From an uncultured Oscillospiraceae bacterium (GTDB taxonomy: Bacteria > Bacillota > Clostridia > Oscillospirales > Oscillospiraceae), in contig CABUAK010000001.1 of NCBI GenBank assembly GCA_902489545.1, positions 31,948 to 95,947 of the forward strand: DNA of 64,000 nt, given 5' to 3'. Made by a program: the position numbers and the translations under genes. This document shows, one piece after another, positions 10,094 to 19,641 of this stretch; position 1 is the stretch's first letter, and each line of letters opens with the position of its first letter. The notes beneath the pieces were generated by a model, which saw only the letters and a list, made by a program, of their open reading frames with translations, made no database searches and was not told where the DNA came from.

Positions 10094-10170
10094 ATACATA
10101 TATGTGGGATTTCACTGAAACCCCCGGCGGGCGACGGAAATTCCTGTGCTGGAAGGGAGGCGGATGGAAT

Positions 10171-10662
10171 ATGTTCTGTATCGGGGACAAGGTGGTCCAT
10201 CCCATGCACGGCGCCGGGATCATTGACGGCATTGTGTCGGAGCGGATGGGCGGCGTCACCCAGGAGTACTATGTGTTTAAAATGCCCGTAGGCGGTCTGG
10301 TGCTGAAGATTCCAACTGCCAACAGCGCCGCGGTGGGCCTGCGGGCCACGGTGGCCGCAGGGGATGCGGCCCGGCTGCTGCGGGAACTGCCAGGTTTGGC
10401 GGTGGAGATGAACAGCAACTGGAATCACCGCTACCGGGAAAATTTGCAGCGGCTGAAGAGCGGCGATCTATACGAGGTGGCCCGGGTTATCAAGGGGCTG
10501 CTCCATCGGGAGAACCAGAAGGGGCTCTCTACCGGTGAGCGAAAAATGCTCCACACCGCCAAGCAGATTTTAATCTCCGAAATGGTCCTTGTGACCGGAC
10601 GGGACTATCGGGCAATTGAGAACAGGATTCAGGCGGCAGTATCGGAGGAGATGGCGGGATGA
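10171..10662 (+). CDS. carD: CarD/CdnL family RNA polymerase-binding transcription factor
   Basis: MFCIGDKVVHPMHGAGIIDGI N-terminal RNAP-interacting domain; RBS GGAAGGGAGG. Confidence 0.8.
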   Translation: MFCIGDKVVHPMHGAGIIDGIVSERMGGVTQEYYVFKMPVGGLVLKIPTANSAAVGLRATVAAGDAARLLRELPGLAVEMNSNWNHRYRENLQRLKSGDLYEVARVIKGLLHRENQKGLSTGERKMLHTAKQILISEMVLVTGRDYRAIENRIQAAVSEEMAG

Positions 10663-11396
10663 AAAAACTCTTTACCAAGCTGTTTGGGCGCAGCCGGGAG
10701 GCTGCGCCGGTGTGCTCCGCTGTGGTGGCCGCCGCGGGCTGCTCAAGCCGCATGGGTGGGGAGAATAAGCTGCTGCTGCCGCTGGACGGGGTACCGGTGT
10801 TGGTCCGAAGCCTGCTGGCACTGGAGCGGTCCAGCTTGGTCAGCGAGATTGTGGTAGCCGCCCGGGAGCAGGATCTGCTGGTGTTCGCGGACCTGTGCAA
10901 GGCCTACGGCATCACAAAGCCTATGAAAATTGTCTGCGGCGGGGAGACCAGGACCCAATCCGTGCTGGCGGCTGCTTTGGAGTGCAGGGAGGACGCCCGG
11001 ATTATCGCTGTCCACGATGGGGCACGCCCCCTGGTGGAGCCGGAACTCATTGACCGGGTCATTGCCCGGGCGCTGGAGACCAACGCCGCTGTGCCGGCGG
11101 TGCCGGTGAAGGACACCATTAAGGTGGTCCGGGAGGACCGTGTGGCGTGTACGCCGGACCGGGCGAGCCTGCGGGCGGTGCAGACACCACAGGCATTTGA
11201 TGCGCAGCTGCTGCGGGCGGCCCTTCAGTCTGCGGCGGAGGCGGGGGAGAGCCCCACCGATGACTGCGCCGCCGTGGAACGGCTGGGGAAGGAAGTGTTC
11301 CTGGTGGAGGGCTCCTATGAGAATCTGAAGATTACCACGCCGGAGGACATAGGGGCGGCGGAGGCGATTTTACAGCAGCGGGAGGAATTGGGATGA
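10659..11396 (+). CDS. ispD: 2-C-methyl-D-erythritol 4-phosphate cytidylyltransferase
   Basis: Conserved IspD motifs ([10 protein letters not shown]...VHDGARPLV...VKDTIK). Confidence 0.85.
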   Translation: MKKLFTKLFGRSREAAPVCSAVVAAAGCSSRMGGENKLLLPLDGVPVLVRSLLALERSSLVSEIVVAAREQDLLVFADLCKAYGITKPMKIVCGGETRTQSVLAAALECREDARIIAVHDGARPLVEPELIDRVIARALETNAAVPAVPVKDTIKVVREDRVACTPDRASLRAVQTPQAFDAQLLRAALQSAAEAGESPTDDCAAVERLGKEVFLVEGSYENLKITTPEDIGAAEAILQQREELG

Positions 11397-11917
11397 ACGT
11401 TCTGCCACGGGTGGGACATGGGTATGATGTTCACCGCCTGGTTGAGGGGCGGCGTCTGGTGCTGGGGGGTGTCGTCATCCCTTTTGAGAGAGGCCTGCTG
11501 GGCCACTCCGATGCGGACGTGGTGCTGCACGCCTTGATGGACGCCCTGCTGGGCGCGGCTGCCATGGGAGATATTGGCCGCCTTTTTCCGGACAGCGATC
11601 CCCGCTATCAGGATGCCGACAGCCGTATGCTGCTGCGGCAGGTGGCTGTGCGGCTGGACCGGGCCGGCTATGCGGTGGGCAATGTGGATGTGACGCTGGT
11701 GGCTCAGAAGCCAAAGGTGGCCCCCTATGTGGAGGAGATGCGGCGCAATATTGCCGCGGACCTGGGGGTGTCTGTGACCCGGGTGAATGTGAAGGCCACC
11801 ACGGAGGAACACCTGGGTTTTACCGGCAGCGGCCAGGGCATGGCGGCCCACGCCGTTGCCCTTCTGTACCGCCGGGAGGGAGAGATTCCGCAGGCGGACG
11901 CAAAAATCTTGAAATAG
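11393..11917 (+). CDS. ispF: 2-C-methyl-D-erythritol 2,4-cyclodiphosphate synthase
   Basis: [11 protein letters not shown]...[11 protein letters not shown] motifs; start overlaps the ispD stop. Confidence 0.9.
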   Translation: MNVLPRVGHGYDVHRLVEGRRLVLGGVVIPFERGLLGHSDADVVLHALMDALLGAAAMGDIGRLFPDSDPRYQDADSRMLLRQVAVRLDRAGYAVGNVDVTLVAQKPKVAPYVEEMRRNIAADLGVSVTRVNVKATTEEHLGFTGSGQGMAAHAVALLYRREGEIPQADAKILK

Positions 11918-11919
11918 TA

Positions 11920-11948
11920 TTGAAATCCATCGAATAATGGGGTATACT
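11920..11948 (+). promoter_or_regulatory. Sigma-A-like promoter for the DUF1858 gene
   Basis: TTGAAA, 17-nt spacer, TATACT, then GGAGG and ATG at 11981. Confidence 0.4.
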
Positions 11949-11980
11949 ATTGGCGCTAATTTATTTTGGAGGTATCTCTC

Positions 11981-12181
11981 ATGATTCAGATTACGAAAGA
12001 CACCATTATCGGTGACATCCTGGATATTGCTCCTCAGACCGCTCCTGTGTTCCTCTCTATTGGAATGCACTGCCTGGGCTGCCCCAGCAGCCGCGGCGAG
12101 ACGGTGGAGGAGGCCTGCGCGGTCCACGGTGTGGACGTGGAGAAGCTGCTGGAGGTTATCAACGCCGAGGCCAACAAGTAA
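11981..12181 (+). CDS. DUF1858 redox-disulfide domain protein (hybrid-cluster-protein-associated type)
   Basis: 66 aa with a GMHCLGCP CxxC motif; close match to the DUF1858/TIGR03980 consensus. Confidence 0.65.
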   Translation: MIQITKDTIIGDILDIAPQTAPVFLSIGMHCLGCPSSRGETVEEACAVHGVDVEKLLEVINAEANK

Positions 12182-12247
12182 ACGGTTCCCTGAGGGCCCA
12201 TGCGGCGACGTATGGGCCCTTATGCAGCCTGAAAAAGGAGGGGGAGT

Positions 12248-12967
12248 ATGGCCCTGTCTCTGGTTCTGCAGCCCCGCCTGCGGATGATTGCTGATCTGAT
12301 CCCGGCAGGCTGCCGCCGCGTAGCGGATGTGGGTACGGATCACGGCTATATTCCCGCGGAACTGCTGCTGACAGGCCGGGTGGATGTGGCCATCGCGTCA
12401 GATATTGGACGGGCTCCCCTGGAGCACGCACGGCGCACCGCCCTGTGCTATGGCCTGACGGGCCGGATGGATCTGCGTCTGGGCGACGGCCTGGAGGCCA
12501 TCAGACCCGGTGAGGTGGACGCTGTTGTGATTGCCGGGATGGGGGGAGACAACATCGTCGACATTCTGGACCGGGCCCCCTGGACCAAGGAGGGCCTCAC
12601 GCTGGTTCTGCAGCCTATGAGTAAGGCCGAGGTGCTGCGCCAGTGGCTGCCGGAACATGGCTATGCCATCCGGCTGGAACGGCTGGCGGCGGACAAGGGG
12701 GTGCTGTACCCCATTATGCTGGTTCAGGGTGGCCCCATGCCTCCCGCCACGCCTGCTCAGGCCTGGGGCGGCTTTCTATTGGAGGAGGACCCTCTGTGGG
12801 GGCCTTATCTGACGGACCGGATCCTGAGGCTTCGCCGGGCCGCCGGCGCTCTGGAGCGGGCCAGGGATCCGGCTATGGAACTTCGCCGGGCGGTTTTTCT
12901 GGCGGCGGCGGAGGATTTGACGGAAAAGAAGGGGGCGTGGGAGCGTGCCAACTGTACGGGAAGTTGA
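12248..12967 (+). CDS. trmK: tRNA (adenine22-N1)-methyltransferase TrmK family (class I SAM-dependent MTase)
   Basis: DVGTDHGYIP motif; conserved pairing with the downstream Nif3 gene. Confidence 0.75.
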   Translation: MALSLVLQPRLRMIADLIPAGCRRVADVGTDHGYIPAELLLTGRVDVAIASDIGRAPLEHARRTALCYGLTGRMDLRLGDGLEAIRPGEVDAVVIAGMGGDNIVDILDRAPWTKEGLTLVLQPMSKAEVLRQWLPEHGYAIRLERLAADKGVLYPIMLVQGGPMPPATPAQAWGGFLLEEDPLWGPYLTDRILRLRRAAGALERARDPAMELRRAVFLAAAEDLTEKKGAWERANCTGS

Positions 12968-13724
12968 GAAGGCTCTGTTCGAGTTGGCCCCCAGGGAATT
13001 GGCCCAGGATTGGGACAATGTGGGTCTGCTGGTGGGAGACCCGGAGGGGATGGTATCCGCTGTGCTGGTGGCTCTGGATGTGACGGAGACGGTGGCCCGG
13101 GAGGCGGAGGAACTGGGGGCGGGATTAATTGTGGCCCACCACCCGGTGATGAACTGCGCTTGGCACCCGGTGCAGACCATCCGGGAGGACGATCCCCAGG
13201 GCCGGCTGCTGCTGAGGCTGATTCGAAGCCGGACAGCCGCCATTTGTATGCACACCAACCTGGATGCCGCCGCCGGCGGCGTCAACGACGCTCTGGCCCA
13301 GGCTCTGGGTCTTGCGGAGGTGGAGCCTCTGGGGGAGGACGGCATTGGCCGTGTGGGCACGCTTCCGGAGGAGATGGCGCTGTCCGCATTTCTGCCCCTG
13401 GTACGCCAGCGGCTGCGTCCAAACGGCATCCGCTACGTATCCGCCGGCCGGTCAGTGCGGCGGGTGGCGGTGGGCGGCGGTGCCTGCGGGGAGTATGCGC
13501 TTCGCGCCCTGGAACTGGGCTGTGACACCTTCGTCACCGCCGATATCAAATATAACGGTTTTCTGGACGCTGGGGAATTGGGGCTGAACCTGCTGGACGC
13601 GGGGCACTACCCCACTGAGAACGTGGTGTGTCCCGCTGTGGTCCGCTATTTGGCCCGGTGCTTCCCCGGCCTCACTATCCATCCATCCGCCTCCCACCGG
13701 GAGGCTGTGCAATACTACGTGTAA
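12945..13724 (+). CDS. Nif3-like dinuclear metal centre protein (YqfO/GTP cyclohydrolase 1 type 2 family)
   Basis: GTG start overlapping the trmK 3' end; conserved His-rich metal-site motifs (VAHHP...HTNLD...AGHY). Confidence 0.8.
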   Translation: MPTVREVEKALFELAPRELAQDWDNVGLLVGDPEGMVSAVLVALDVTETVAREAEELGAGLIVAHHPVMNCAWHPVQTIREDDPQGRLLLRLIRSRTAAICMHTNLDAAAGGVNDALAQALGLAEVEPLGEDGIGRVGTLPEEMALSAFLPLVRQRLRPNGIRYVSAGRSVRRVAVGGGACGEYALRALELGCDTFVTADIKYNGFLDAGELGLNLLDAGHYPTENVVCPAVVRYLARCFPGLTIHPSASHREAVQYYV

Positions 13725-13738
13725 GGAGAGCAGAGACT

Positions 13739-14473
13739 ATGTCTGGACATTCCAAGTGGCATAACATCCAAAAGACAAAGGGCGCGGCAGACGCCAAGCG
13801 TTCCCAGACCTTCACCAAAATCGCCCGTGAGATGATCGTGGCGGTGAAAGAGGGCGGCAGCGGCGACCCCAACAACAATTCCCGCCTGGCGACAGTCATC
13901 GCCAAGGCCAAGGCGGCCAATATGCCCAATGACAACATTAAACGCACCATTGACAAGGCACTGGGCGCCGGGAACAGCGACAATTTTGAAAAGGTGGTCT
14001 ATGAGGGCTACGGCCCCTGCGGCGTGGCTGTGATTGTGGAAGCGCTGACGGACAATCGCAACCGCACCGCCCCGGAGGTGCGCCACCTCTTTGACAAATA
14101 CGGCGGAAACATGGGCGCCAGCGGCTGTGTCAGTTGGAGTTTTGACAGAAAGGGCGTTATCGTGATCGATAACGAGGATGGCGATCTGGATGAGGAGGCC
14201 GTCATGATGGACGCCCTGGACTGTGGCGCGGCGGACTTTGAGGCTGATGAGGGGATCTTTGAGATCACCACGGAGCCGGACGATTTCAACGCTGTCACCT
14301 CCGCGCTGGAGAGCAAGGGCTATGTCTTTGCTGAGGCGGGCATTGAGATGGTCCCCCAGACCTACATCAAACTCACCAATGAGGACGACATCAAGAATAT
14401 GACCAAGATGATCGACCTCATGGAGGATAATGAGGATGTCCAGAATGTCTGGCACAACTGGGAGCAGGATTAA
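13739..14473 (+). CDS. yebC: YebC/PmpR family DNA-binding transcriptional regulator
   Basis: MSGHSKWHNIQKTKGAADAKR signature N-terminus. Confidence 0.9.
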   Translation: MSGHSKWHNIQKTKGAADAKRSQTFTKIAREMIVAVKEGGSGDPNNNSRLATVIAKAKAANMPNDNIKRTIDKALGAGNSDNFEKVVYEGYGPCGVAVIVEALTDNRNRTAPEVRHLFDKYGGNMGASGCVSWSFDRKGVIVIDNEDGDLDEEAVMMDALDCGAADFEADEGIFEITTEPDDFNAVTSALESKGYVFAEAGIEMVPQTYIKLTNEDDIKNMTKMIDLMEDNEDVQNVWHNWEQD

Positions 14474-14777
14474 TTTGATTTTTTGGTGAAATAAGAGTTC
14501 TTTAGAACTTTTAAAGAGTCACTGCGACATACATGGCGCCTGATGTGACATACGCCTATCCTTTGGCTGCGATATACCAAGGGGGCAGAATTATGGAAAG
14601 CAGCGCGGTGGTCCTTTTATCAAATCGGACAGGGAGGGCCCTGGGTGAGTGGAACGCTTGCCCAGGGCTCTCCCTCTGCCTAAGGGACCGGGTCTGGTGA
14701 GACCTCTGGCATGCATCCGGCTTCTGGCACCGCCGCTGCCTCTCCGGCATACAATGCGGATAGGGGAGGCGGTTGCA
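14474..14777 (+). other. Roughly 300-nt non-coding leader upstream of the DUF3343/aminotransferase pair; possible structured RNA
   Basis: No plausible ORF; near-perfect 14-bp inverted repeat at 14632-14674 (gggagggccctggg/cccagggctctccc). Confidence 0.3.
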
Positions 14778-15032
14778 TTGCCATACTATCTTTTGCTGAG
14801 CCGCTCCATCACCCACGCCCAGCGCATGAGCGGCGTTCTGGAAGCGGCGGGAATTACCGCCAGGTTCTTTCGACCGCCAATCGGCCTGACGGATCGGAGC
14901 TGCGGCTACGCTGTGCGCGTCAACGCACCGTATCTGCCGGCGGCGCTGGAACGGCTGCGTGCCGCCGGGATGTGGCCATCCAAGGTGTTTTATCAGGATG
15001 GCACAGGTGCTTTCAGCGAAGTGAGCATATGA
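14778..15032 (+). CDS. DUF3343 small protein (putative Se/S carrier-like)
   Basis: TTG start 8 nt after GGAGG; 84 aa (MPYYLLLSRSITHAQRMSGVLEAAGI...CGYAVRV); sits directly upstream of a cysteine-desulfurase-like gene. Confidence 0.65.
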   Translation: MPYYLLLSRSITHAQRMSGVLEAAGITARFFRPPIGLTDRSCGYAVRVNAPYLPAALERLRAAGMWPSKVFYQDGTGAFSEVSI

Positions 15033-15078
15033 GCCGAGGGGCCGGGGAAAAGCCCCGGCCCCTCACATAGGAGGATAC

Positions 15079-16176
15079 ATGATCTATCTTGACAGTGCGG
15101 CGACAACGCTGCAAAAGCCGCCCGCGGTAGCGGCGGCCGTGGCCAATGCCATCCAAACCATGACGACGCCGGGCAGGGGAGACCACCCCGCCGCCCGTCT
15201 GGCGGCGGAGCGGATGCTTCAGTGCCGGACAGAGGCAGCTGCGTTTTTCGGCGTGTCCTCGCCGGAGAATGTGGTATTCACCATGAACGCCACCCACGCT
15301 TTAAACCTGGCCATCAAGACACTGGTGTCCCCCGGGGACACCGTGGTCATATCCGGCTATGAACATAATGCGGTGACACGCCCTCTGCACGCCATCGGGG
15401 ATGTGTCCGTGCGTGTGGTCAACGGCAGATTGTTTGACCGGGGACAGATGGTGGACGGGTTTGCCAGGGCGGTGGACCGGACGGTCTCAGCTGTGATCTG
15501 CAACCATATGTCCAATGTGTTCGGCTATGTTCTGCCGGTGGAGGACATAGCGGAGATCTGCCGGGAGCGGGGCGTGCCGCTGGTGGTGGATGCCTCCCAG
15601 TCCGCGGGAATCCTCCCCGTGAACCTGGGGCAGTGGGAGGCAGCCTATGTGGCCATGCCCGGCCACAAGGGGCTCTACGGCCCGCAGGGGACGGGGATGC
15701 TGCTCTGCGGCGAGGGCCGCCTGCCCGACCCGCAGCTGGAGGGTGGCACTGGAAGCCTGTCCAGGCAGCAGGAGATGCCGGACTTTCTGCCGGACCGGCT
15801 GGAGGCCGGTACCCACAATGTCCACGGGGTGGCAGGCCTGCTGGAAGGGCTGCGCTTTGTCCGACATTTGGGCCTGGAGCGGATCCAAAGCCGGGAGTCG
15901 GCGGTAATCGGCGCTTTGGCCCAGGGCTTGAGCCGAAGGGGGGGGTACCGGCTGCTGGGCAGCGGCTCCGTGCTCTCCGTCCTGCCGGTGAGGGAGGCAC
16001 CGGAGACCCTGGCGGACCGGCTGGCCGAGGGCGGCGTGGCGGTACGGGCGGGGCTCCATTGCGCGCCACTGGCCCATATGACCGCCGGCACCCTGGAAAC
16101 CGGTACCGTCCGTTTCTCCGCCTCTGTGTTCAATACGCTGGAGGAAGTAGAGCAGGTGTTGACGCTGCTGGACTAA
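15079..16176 (+). CDS. Class V aminotransferase (cysteine desulfurase/selenocysteine lyase-like)
   Basis: RBS AGGAGG; PLP-fold motifs including a HKGLYGPQG-type lysine region. Confidence 0.8.
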   Translation: MIYLDSAATTLQKPPAVAAAVANAIQTMTTPGRGDHPAARLAAERMLQCRTEAAAFFGVSSPENVVFTMNATHALNLAIKTLVSPGDTVVISGYEHNAVTRPLHAIGDVSVRVVNGRLFDRGQMVDGFARAVDRTVSAVICNHMSNVFGYVLPVEDIAEICRERGVPLVVDASQSAGILPVNLGQWEAAYVAMPGHKGLYGPQGTGMLLCGEGRLPDPQLEGGTGSLSRQQEMPDFLPDRLEAGTHNVHGVAGLLEGLRFVRHLGLERIQSRESAVIGALAQGLSRRGGYRLLGSGSVLSVLPVREAPETLADRLAEGGVAVRAGLHCAPLAHMTAGTLETGTVRFSASVFNTLEEVEQVLTLLD

Positions 16177-16289
16177 GCTTTCTGCACGCTGGGAGGGGGC
16201 CGCTCCATGGGAGCGGCCCCCTGGCGCTGCCTATGGGATTTCCATAGGGAAAGCGTGCCTGGTACGGACTGTGACCTTGGCGGGCATCA

Positions 16290-16739
16290 TCATCTGCGGA
16301 GCGGATGGATTACGCCGCAGGCAATTTTTTCACCGGCGTTCCCGGCTGGCTGGGATGTGAAGTCATCTGGCTGGCTGTGGATGACTACCGTGCGGCCAAT
16401 CACGTCCGCCACCCGGAAACGGCCTGTCAGCATTGCCATCCGGGCGTGTCCGCCGCATCCAAACAGCGGCGGGAGATCGCCTGCGTGGCGGGGGTGGCCG
16501 CAATTGCCCTTGGAGTAGTGGCCGCCCGTCTCGGAAAATCCTGTTCCTCCGCAGGAACAGCCCTCGTGGATGTGGAAGCCAAAGATTTCAGGGCCGCTCT
16601 GGGGCAGTCGGCATATATTTGCCGCCACCAGTGTGCCGGTGGGACGGCAGTAGAACGCGACGGTTCCGATGGGCCCGGCGGCCGGGTCCGCGCCGTGTAT
16701 GTTTGCGATGGCCTGTGGACGGCCAAAGGGAAAATCCAT
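16290..16739 (-). CDS. sodC: Cu/Zn superoxide dismutase with no signal peptide
   Basis: GFHIHEG motif, metal-ligand His residues, C-terminal GNAGEKIACGVI motif; ATG at 16739 lies 7 nt after GGGAGG on the - strand; no N-terminal signal sequence. Confidence 0.8.
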   Translation of the reverse strand: MDFPFGRPQAIANIHGADPAAGPIGTVAFYCRPTGTLVAANICRLPQSGPEIFGFHIHEGCSCGGTGFSETGGHYSKGNCGHPRHAGDLPPLFGCGGHARMAMLTGRFRVADVIGRTVVIHSQPDDFTSQPAGNAGEKIACGVIHPLRR

Positions 16740-17029
16740 GCTGGTACCTCCCAATCGGAAAGGGGGCGCGCTGCATCAGCGGTAGAGTGGATTCCGCTGT
16801 ACACCCCCTCTATCGTATGCCGGCGGAAGGAAAGCGTGCGGAGGGCGGCGAACCGGGGTTGTCCCTCCCGTACTGGCTCTTCCGTATGAAGAGCATTCCG
16901 CCCCGGCGGCCCTGCATTCAGTGTCGCCGGGTGCGCGGCATATGCTGGAAGGTGCTCCGTTTCCTGCTATCCTCTGGGGGAATTGCGGAAAAATTTACGA
17001 ATTGTACAAAAAATTGCAGGTGGAATTGG

Positions 17030-17058
17030 TTGCTTTTTCCCCGCACTTAGATTAGAAT
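17030..17058 (+). promoter_or_regulatory. Sigma-A-like promoter upstream of cdaA
   Basis: TTGCTT, 17-nt spacer, TAGAAT. Confidence 0.35.
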
Positions 17059-17076
17059 AGGAGTACTTATGGGATT

Positions 17077-17988
17077 ATGAAAATTGGGGGGCAAATCATG
17101 GAGGTCATCACGGGAATTGCACAGCAGATCGTGGATTTTGTTCTCTCCCTAAAGTTAAGCGATATTCTGGATATTTTAATCATTGCGTATCTGGTGTACC
17201 GTTTGCTGCTTCTGGTGCGCAAGACCAATTCCTCCCGCTTGTTCAAGGGTGTGCTTCTGGTGCTCCTGGGGCTGTGGGTCTCCTCCTTCGGCCTGCGGGG
17301 GCTGAACTATTTGTTGAGCCATATTGTGGAGTGGGGCGTTTTGGCGCTGCTGATTCTCTTCCAGCCGGAGATCAGGCGGGTGTTGGAGCAGATGGGCAGC
17401 AGCCGGTTTCCGTTTTTGGAGTTTTTTTCCAAGCCGCAGGTGGACAAGCAGGTCATTGAGAAGGCCATCGCCCAGACAGTGCAGGCCTGCGGGGATATGA
17501 GCAAGTCCCGCACGGGGGCGCTGATTGTGTTTGAACGGAACATTCAGCTGGACGAGGTCCTCCGCAGCGGCACCAGGCTGGATGCGGAAACCTCCTCGGA
17601 ACTGCTGAAAAACATCTTTTTTGTGAAGGCGCCCATGCACGACGGCGCCGTCATTGTCCGGCAGGGCAGGGTCCTGGGGGCGGGCTGCATGCTTCCCCTG
17701 AGCCGGAATGTGAATTTAAGCCGGGATCTGGGCATGCGCCACCGGGCTGGCATCGGCATGAGCGAGAATTCCGACGCGGTGGTGGTTCTGGTCAGTGAGG
17801 AGACCGGCTCCATTTCGGTGGCCGTGGGCGGCATGCTTAAGCGGCATCTGATGACCGAGACGCTGGAGCAGCTGCTGCGCAACGAGCTGCTGCCCCAGCC
17901 GGAGGCGGAGGCGGACAAGGATGCCAAAAGGCGCCAGCCTCTGAAAAACCTTTTCGGCATTGGGAAAAGGGAGGACCGCCATGAGTGA
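17077..17988 (+). CDS. cdaA: Diadenylate cyclase CdaA (c-di-AMP synthase)
   Basis: N-terminal TM helices plus a DisA_N domain (DGAVIV...RHRAGIG motifs); an alternative ATG at 17098 is possible. Confidence 0.9.
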   Translation: MKIGGQIMEVITGIAQQIVDFVLSLKLSDILDILIIAYLVYRLLLLVRKTNSSRLFKGVLLVLLGLWVSSFGLRGLNYLLSHIVEWGVLALLILFQPEIRRVLEQMGSSRFPFLEFFSKPQVDKQVIEKAIAQTVQACGDMSKSRTGALIVFERNIQLDEVLRSGTRLDAETSSELLKNIFFVKAPMHDGAVIVRQGRVLGAGCMLPLSRNVNLSRDLGMRHRAGIGMSENSDAVVVLVSEETGSISVAVGGMLKRHLMTETLEQLLRNELLPQPEAEADKDAKRRQPLKNLFGIGKREDRHE

Positions 17989-19216
17989 GAAAACCAATAA
18001 GATCCTTTATATGGCGCTGTCCCTGCTGCTGGCGATCCTGTTTTGGCTGTACGTGGATAACGCCGAAGGGGGCAAAATCAGCGAGACCTTTTACAACGTT
18101 CCCGTGGAGTTTATTGGGGAGACGGATGTACTGGCTACCCGTGGGCTGATGCTGGCGGACGCCGGGGAGACCACGATTACCCTGCGTCTGAGCGGACCCC
18201 GTCTGGCCATATCCAGTCTGGACCGGGACGATATCCGCATCCAGGTGGACCTGACGGGCATCAACGCCGTCAGCACCTATCAACTCAGCTATACGGTCAA
18301 TTACCCGGACTCCATCAACAACAGCGACATCAGCATTGAATCCGCCTCCCGCTCCACGGTGACGGTACAGGTGATTGAACTATCCACAAAGACCGTTCCG
18401 GTGGTCGCGGAGATCGTGGGCAAGGTGGCGGATGGGTATATGTATATGTCGGACCGCCTGGTGCTGGAGCCCTCCACCCTGACCGTCAGCGGCCGGGAGG
18501 AGGATATTGCTGATGTGGAGCAGGCCAGGATTGTCCTGGATCTTACTGACGCCACCAGCACCGTAGAGCGGGAATTCACCTACCAGCTGTTGGACAGCGC
18601 CGGCGGCCAGGTGCCCACCGACGGTATCCGGGTCTCTGACAAGCGGATTGAGGTGACGGCACCGGTATTCCTAGTGAAGGATCTGGATCTGACCATCAAG
18701 TGGAAGGAGGCCGCCGGGTCCATGCTGGAGAATGTGGACTGGGAGATTGTCCCCAACAAGATCACGGTGGCTGGGGAGGCGTCCAGTTTGGAGACAAAGG
18801 AGAATATCATTCTGGGCGAGGTGGATCTCAGCAATCTTCTCTCCGATACCCAGCTGGAACTGGAGATCGACACCCCTGCCAACTGCGTCAACAGCAGCGG
18901 TATTGCCAGTGCCACCGTGTCCATCAAATTTATCAACGGCCTGGAGACGCGGCTCTTCACTGTCACCAATATTGCCGCCCGGGGCCTGTCCAACGGGCAG
19001 AATTTCAGCCGGATTACCAATTCTGTGGATGTGGTGGTCCGGGGCATGCCGGAGGAACTGGAGGAACTGACAGCGGATGATATCCGCATTGTGGTTGACC
19101 TGACGGAGTATACCTCTGACGGAACCTATTCTGTACCCGCCACCGTGCTGGTGGACGGCCACGATGGGGTGGGGGCTGTGGGCTCCTACACTGTGGCCTG
19201 CAAGATCACATCCTAG
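17981..19216 (+). CDS. cdaR: CdaR (YbbR-like domain) regulator of CdaA
   Basis: RBS AAAAGGGAGG; TM anchor plus repeated YbbR-like beta domains; overlaps the cdaA stop, as is typical for the cdaA-cdaR operon. Confidence 0.8.
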   Translation: MSEKTNKILYMALSLLLAILFWLYVDNAEGGKISETFYNVPVEFIGETDVLATRGLMLADAGETTITLRLSGPRLAISSLDRDDIRIQVDLTGINAVSTYQLSYTVNYPDSINNSDISIESASRSTVTVQVIELSTKTVPVVAEIVGKVADGYMYMSDRLVLEPSTLTVSGREEDIADVEQARIVLDLTDATSTVEREFTYQLLDSAGGQVPTDGIRVSDKRIEVTAPVFLVKDLDLTIKWKEAAGSMLENVDWEIVPNKITVAGEASSLETKENIILGEVDLSNLLSDTQLELEIDTPANCVNSSGIASATVSIKFINGLETRLFTVTNIAARGLSNGQNFSRITNSVDVVVRGMPEELEELTADDIRIVVDLTEYTSDGTYSVPATVLVDGHDGVGAVGSYTVACKITS

Positions 19217-19228
19217 GGGGCGCCGCTT

Positions 19229-19633
19229 ATGATCCAGATTGCGACTGTCACCGGGGTACCCGCCCCGGGAGAGGCGGTGGTGTCCGTGGTCCGGCAAAGT
19301 GCCTGCGGCCACGACTGCGAAACCTGCGCCGGCTGCGGTGCCCAGGGAGGAAGCCTCACGGTTCGGGCTGTGACGGAAATTCCGGTGGCTGTGGGGGATC
19401 GGGTAGAGATATACAGCGGCAACAGCCGGGTGCTGGGCATCGCGGCGTTGGTGTATCTGGCGCCGGTGGCTCTGTTTTTGGCAGGCTACCTTCTCTCCGG
19501 CGCCCTGCCGGAGACGATGCGTTACCTATGCGGGGGGATGGCCTTCCTGCTGGGGATGCTGGGTGCGGTGGCGCTGGACCGGCTGGCCCGACGGCGGGGC
19601 GGCGTTGTGTTCCGAATCCTGCGCAAGGTATAG
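19229..19633 (+). CDS. RseC/MucC (SoxR-reducing system) family small membrane protein
   Basis: Cys cluster CGHDCETCAGCG followed by two TM helices. Confidence 0.55.
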   Translation: MIQIATVTGVPAPGEAVVSVVRQSACGHDCETCAGCGAQGGSLTVRAVTEIPVAVGDRVEIYSGNSRVLGIAALVYLAPVALFLAGYLLSGALPETMRYLCGGMAFLLGMLGAVALDRLARRRGGVVFRILRKV

Positions 19634-19641
19634 GTGAGGAC

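Noticed and set aside
14649-14777. N-terminal extension of the DUF3343 ORF (MERLPRALPLPKGPG…)
   Set aside because: Pro/Leu/Arg-rich read-through of a structured leader. A GGAGG–8 nt–TTG start at 14778 gives a protein of the family-typical size and N-terminus.
16305-16889. 194-aa plus-strand ORF overlapping sodC
   Set aside because: Antisense to a Cu/Zn SOD that has all its conserved motifs; no RBS; Ala/Gly/Arg-rich.
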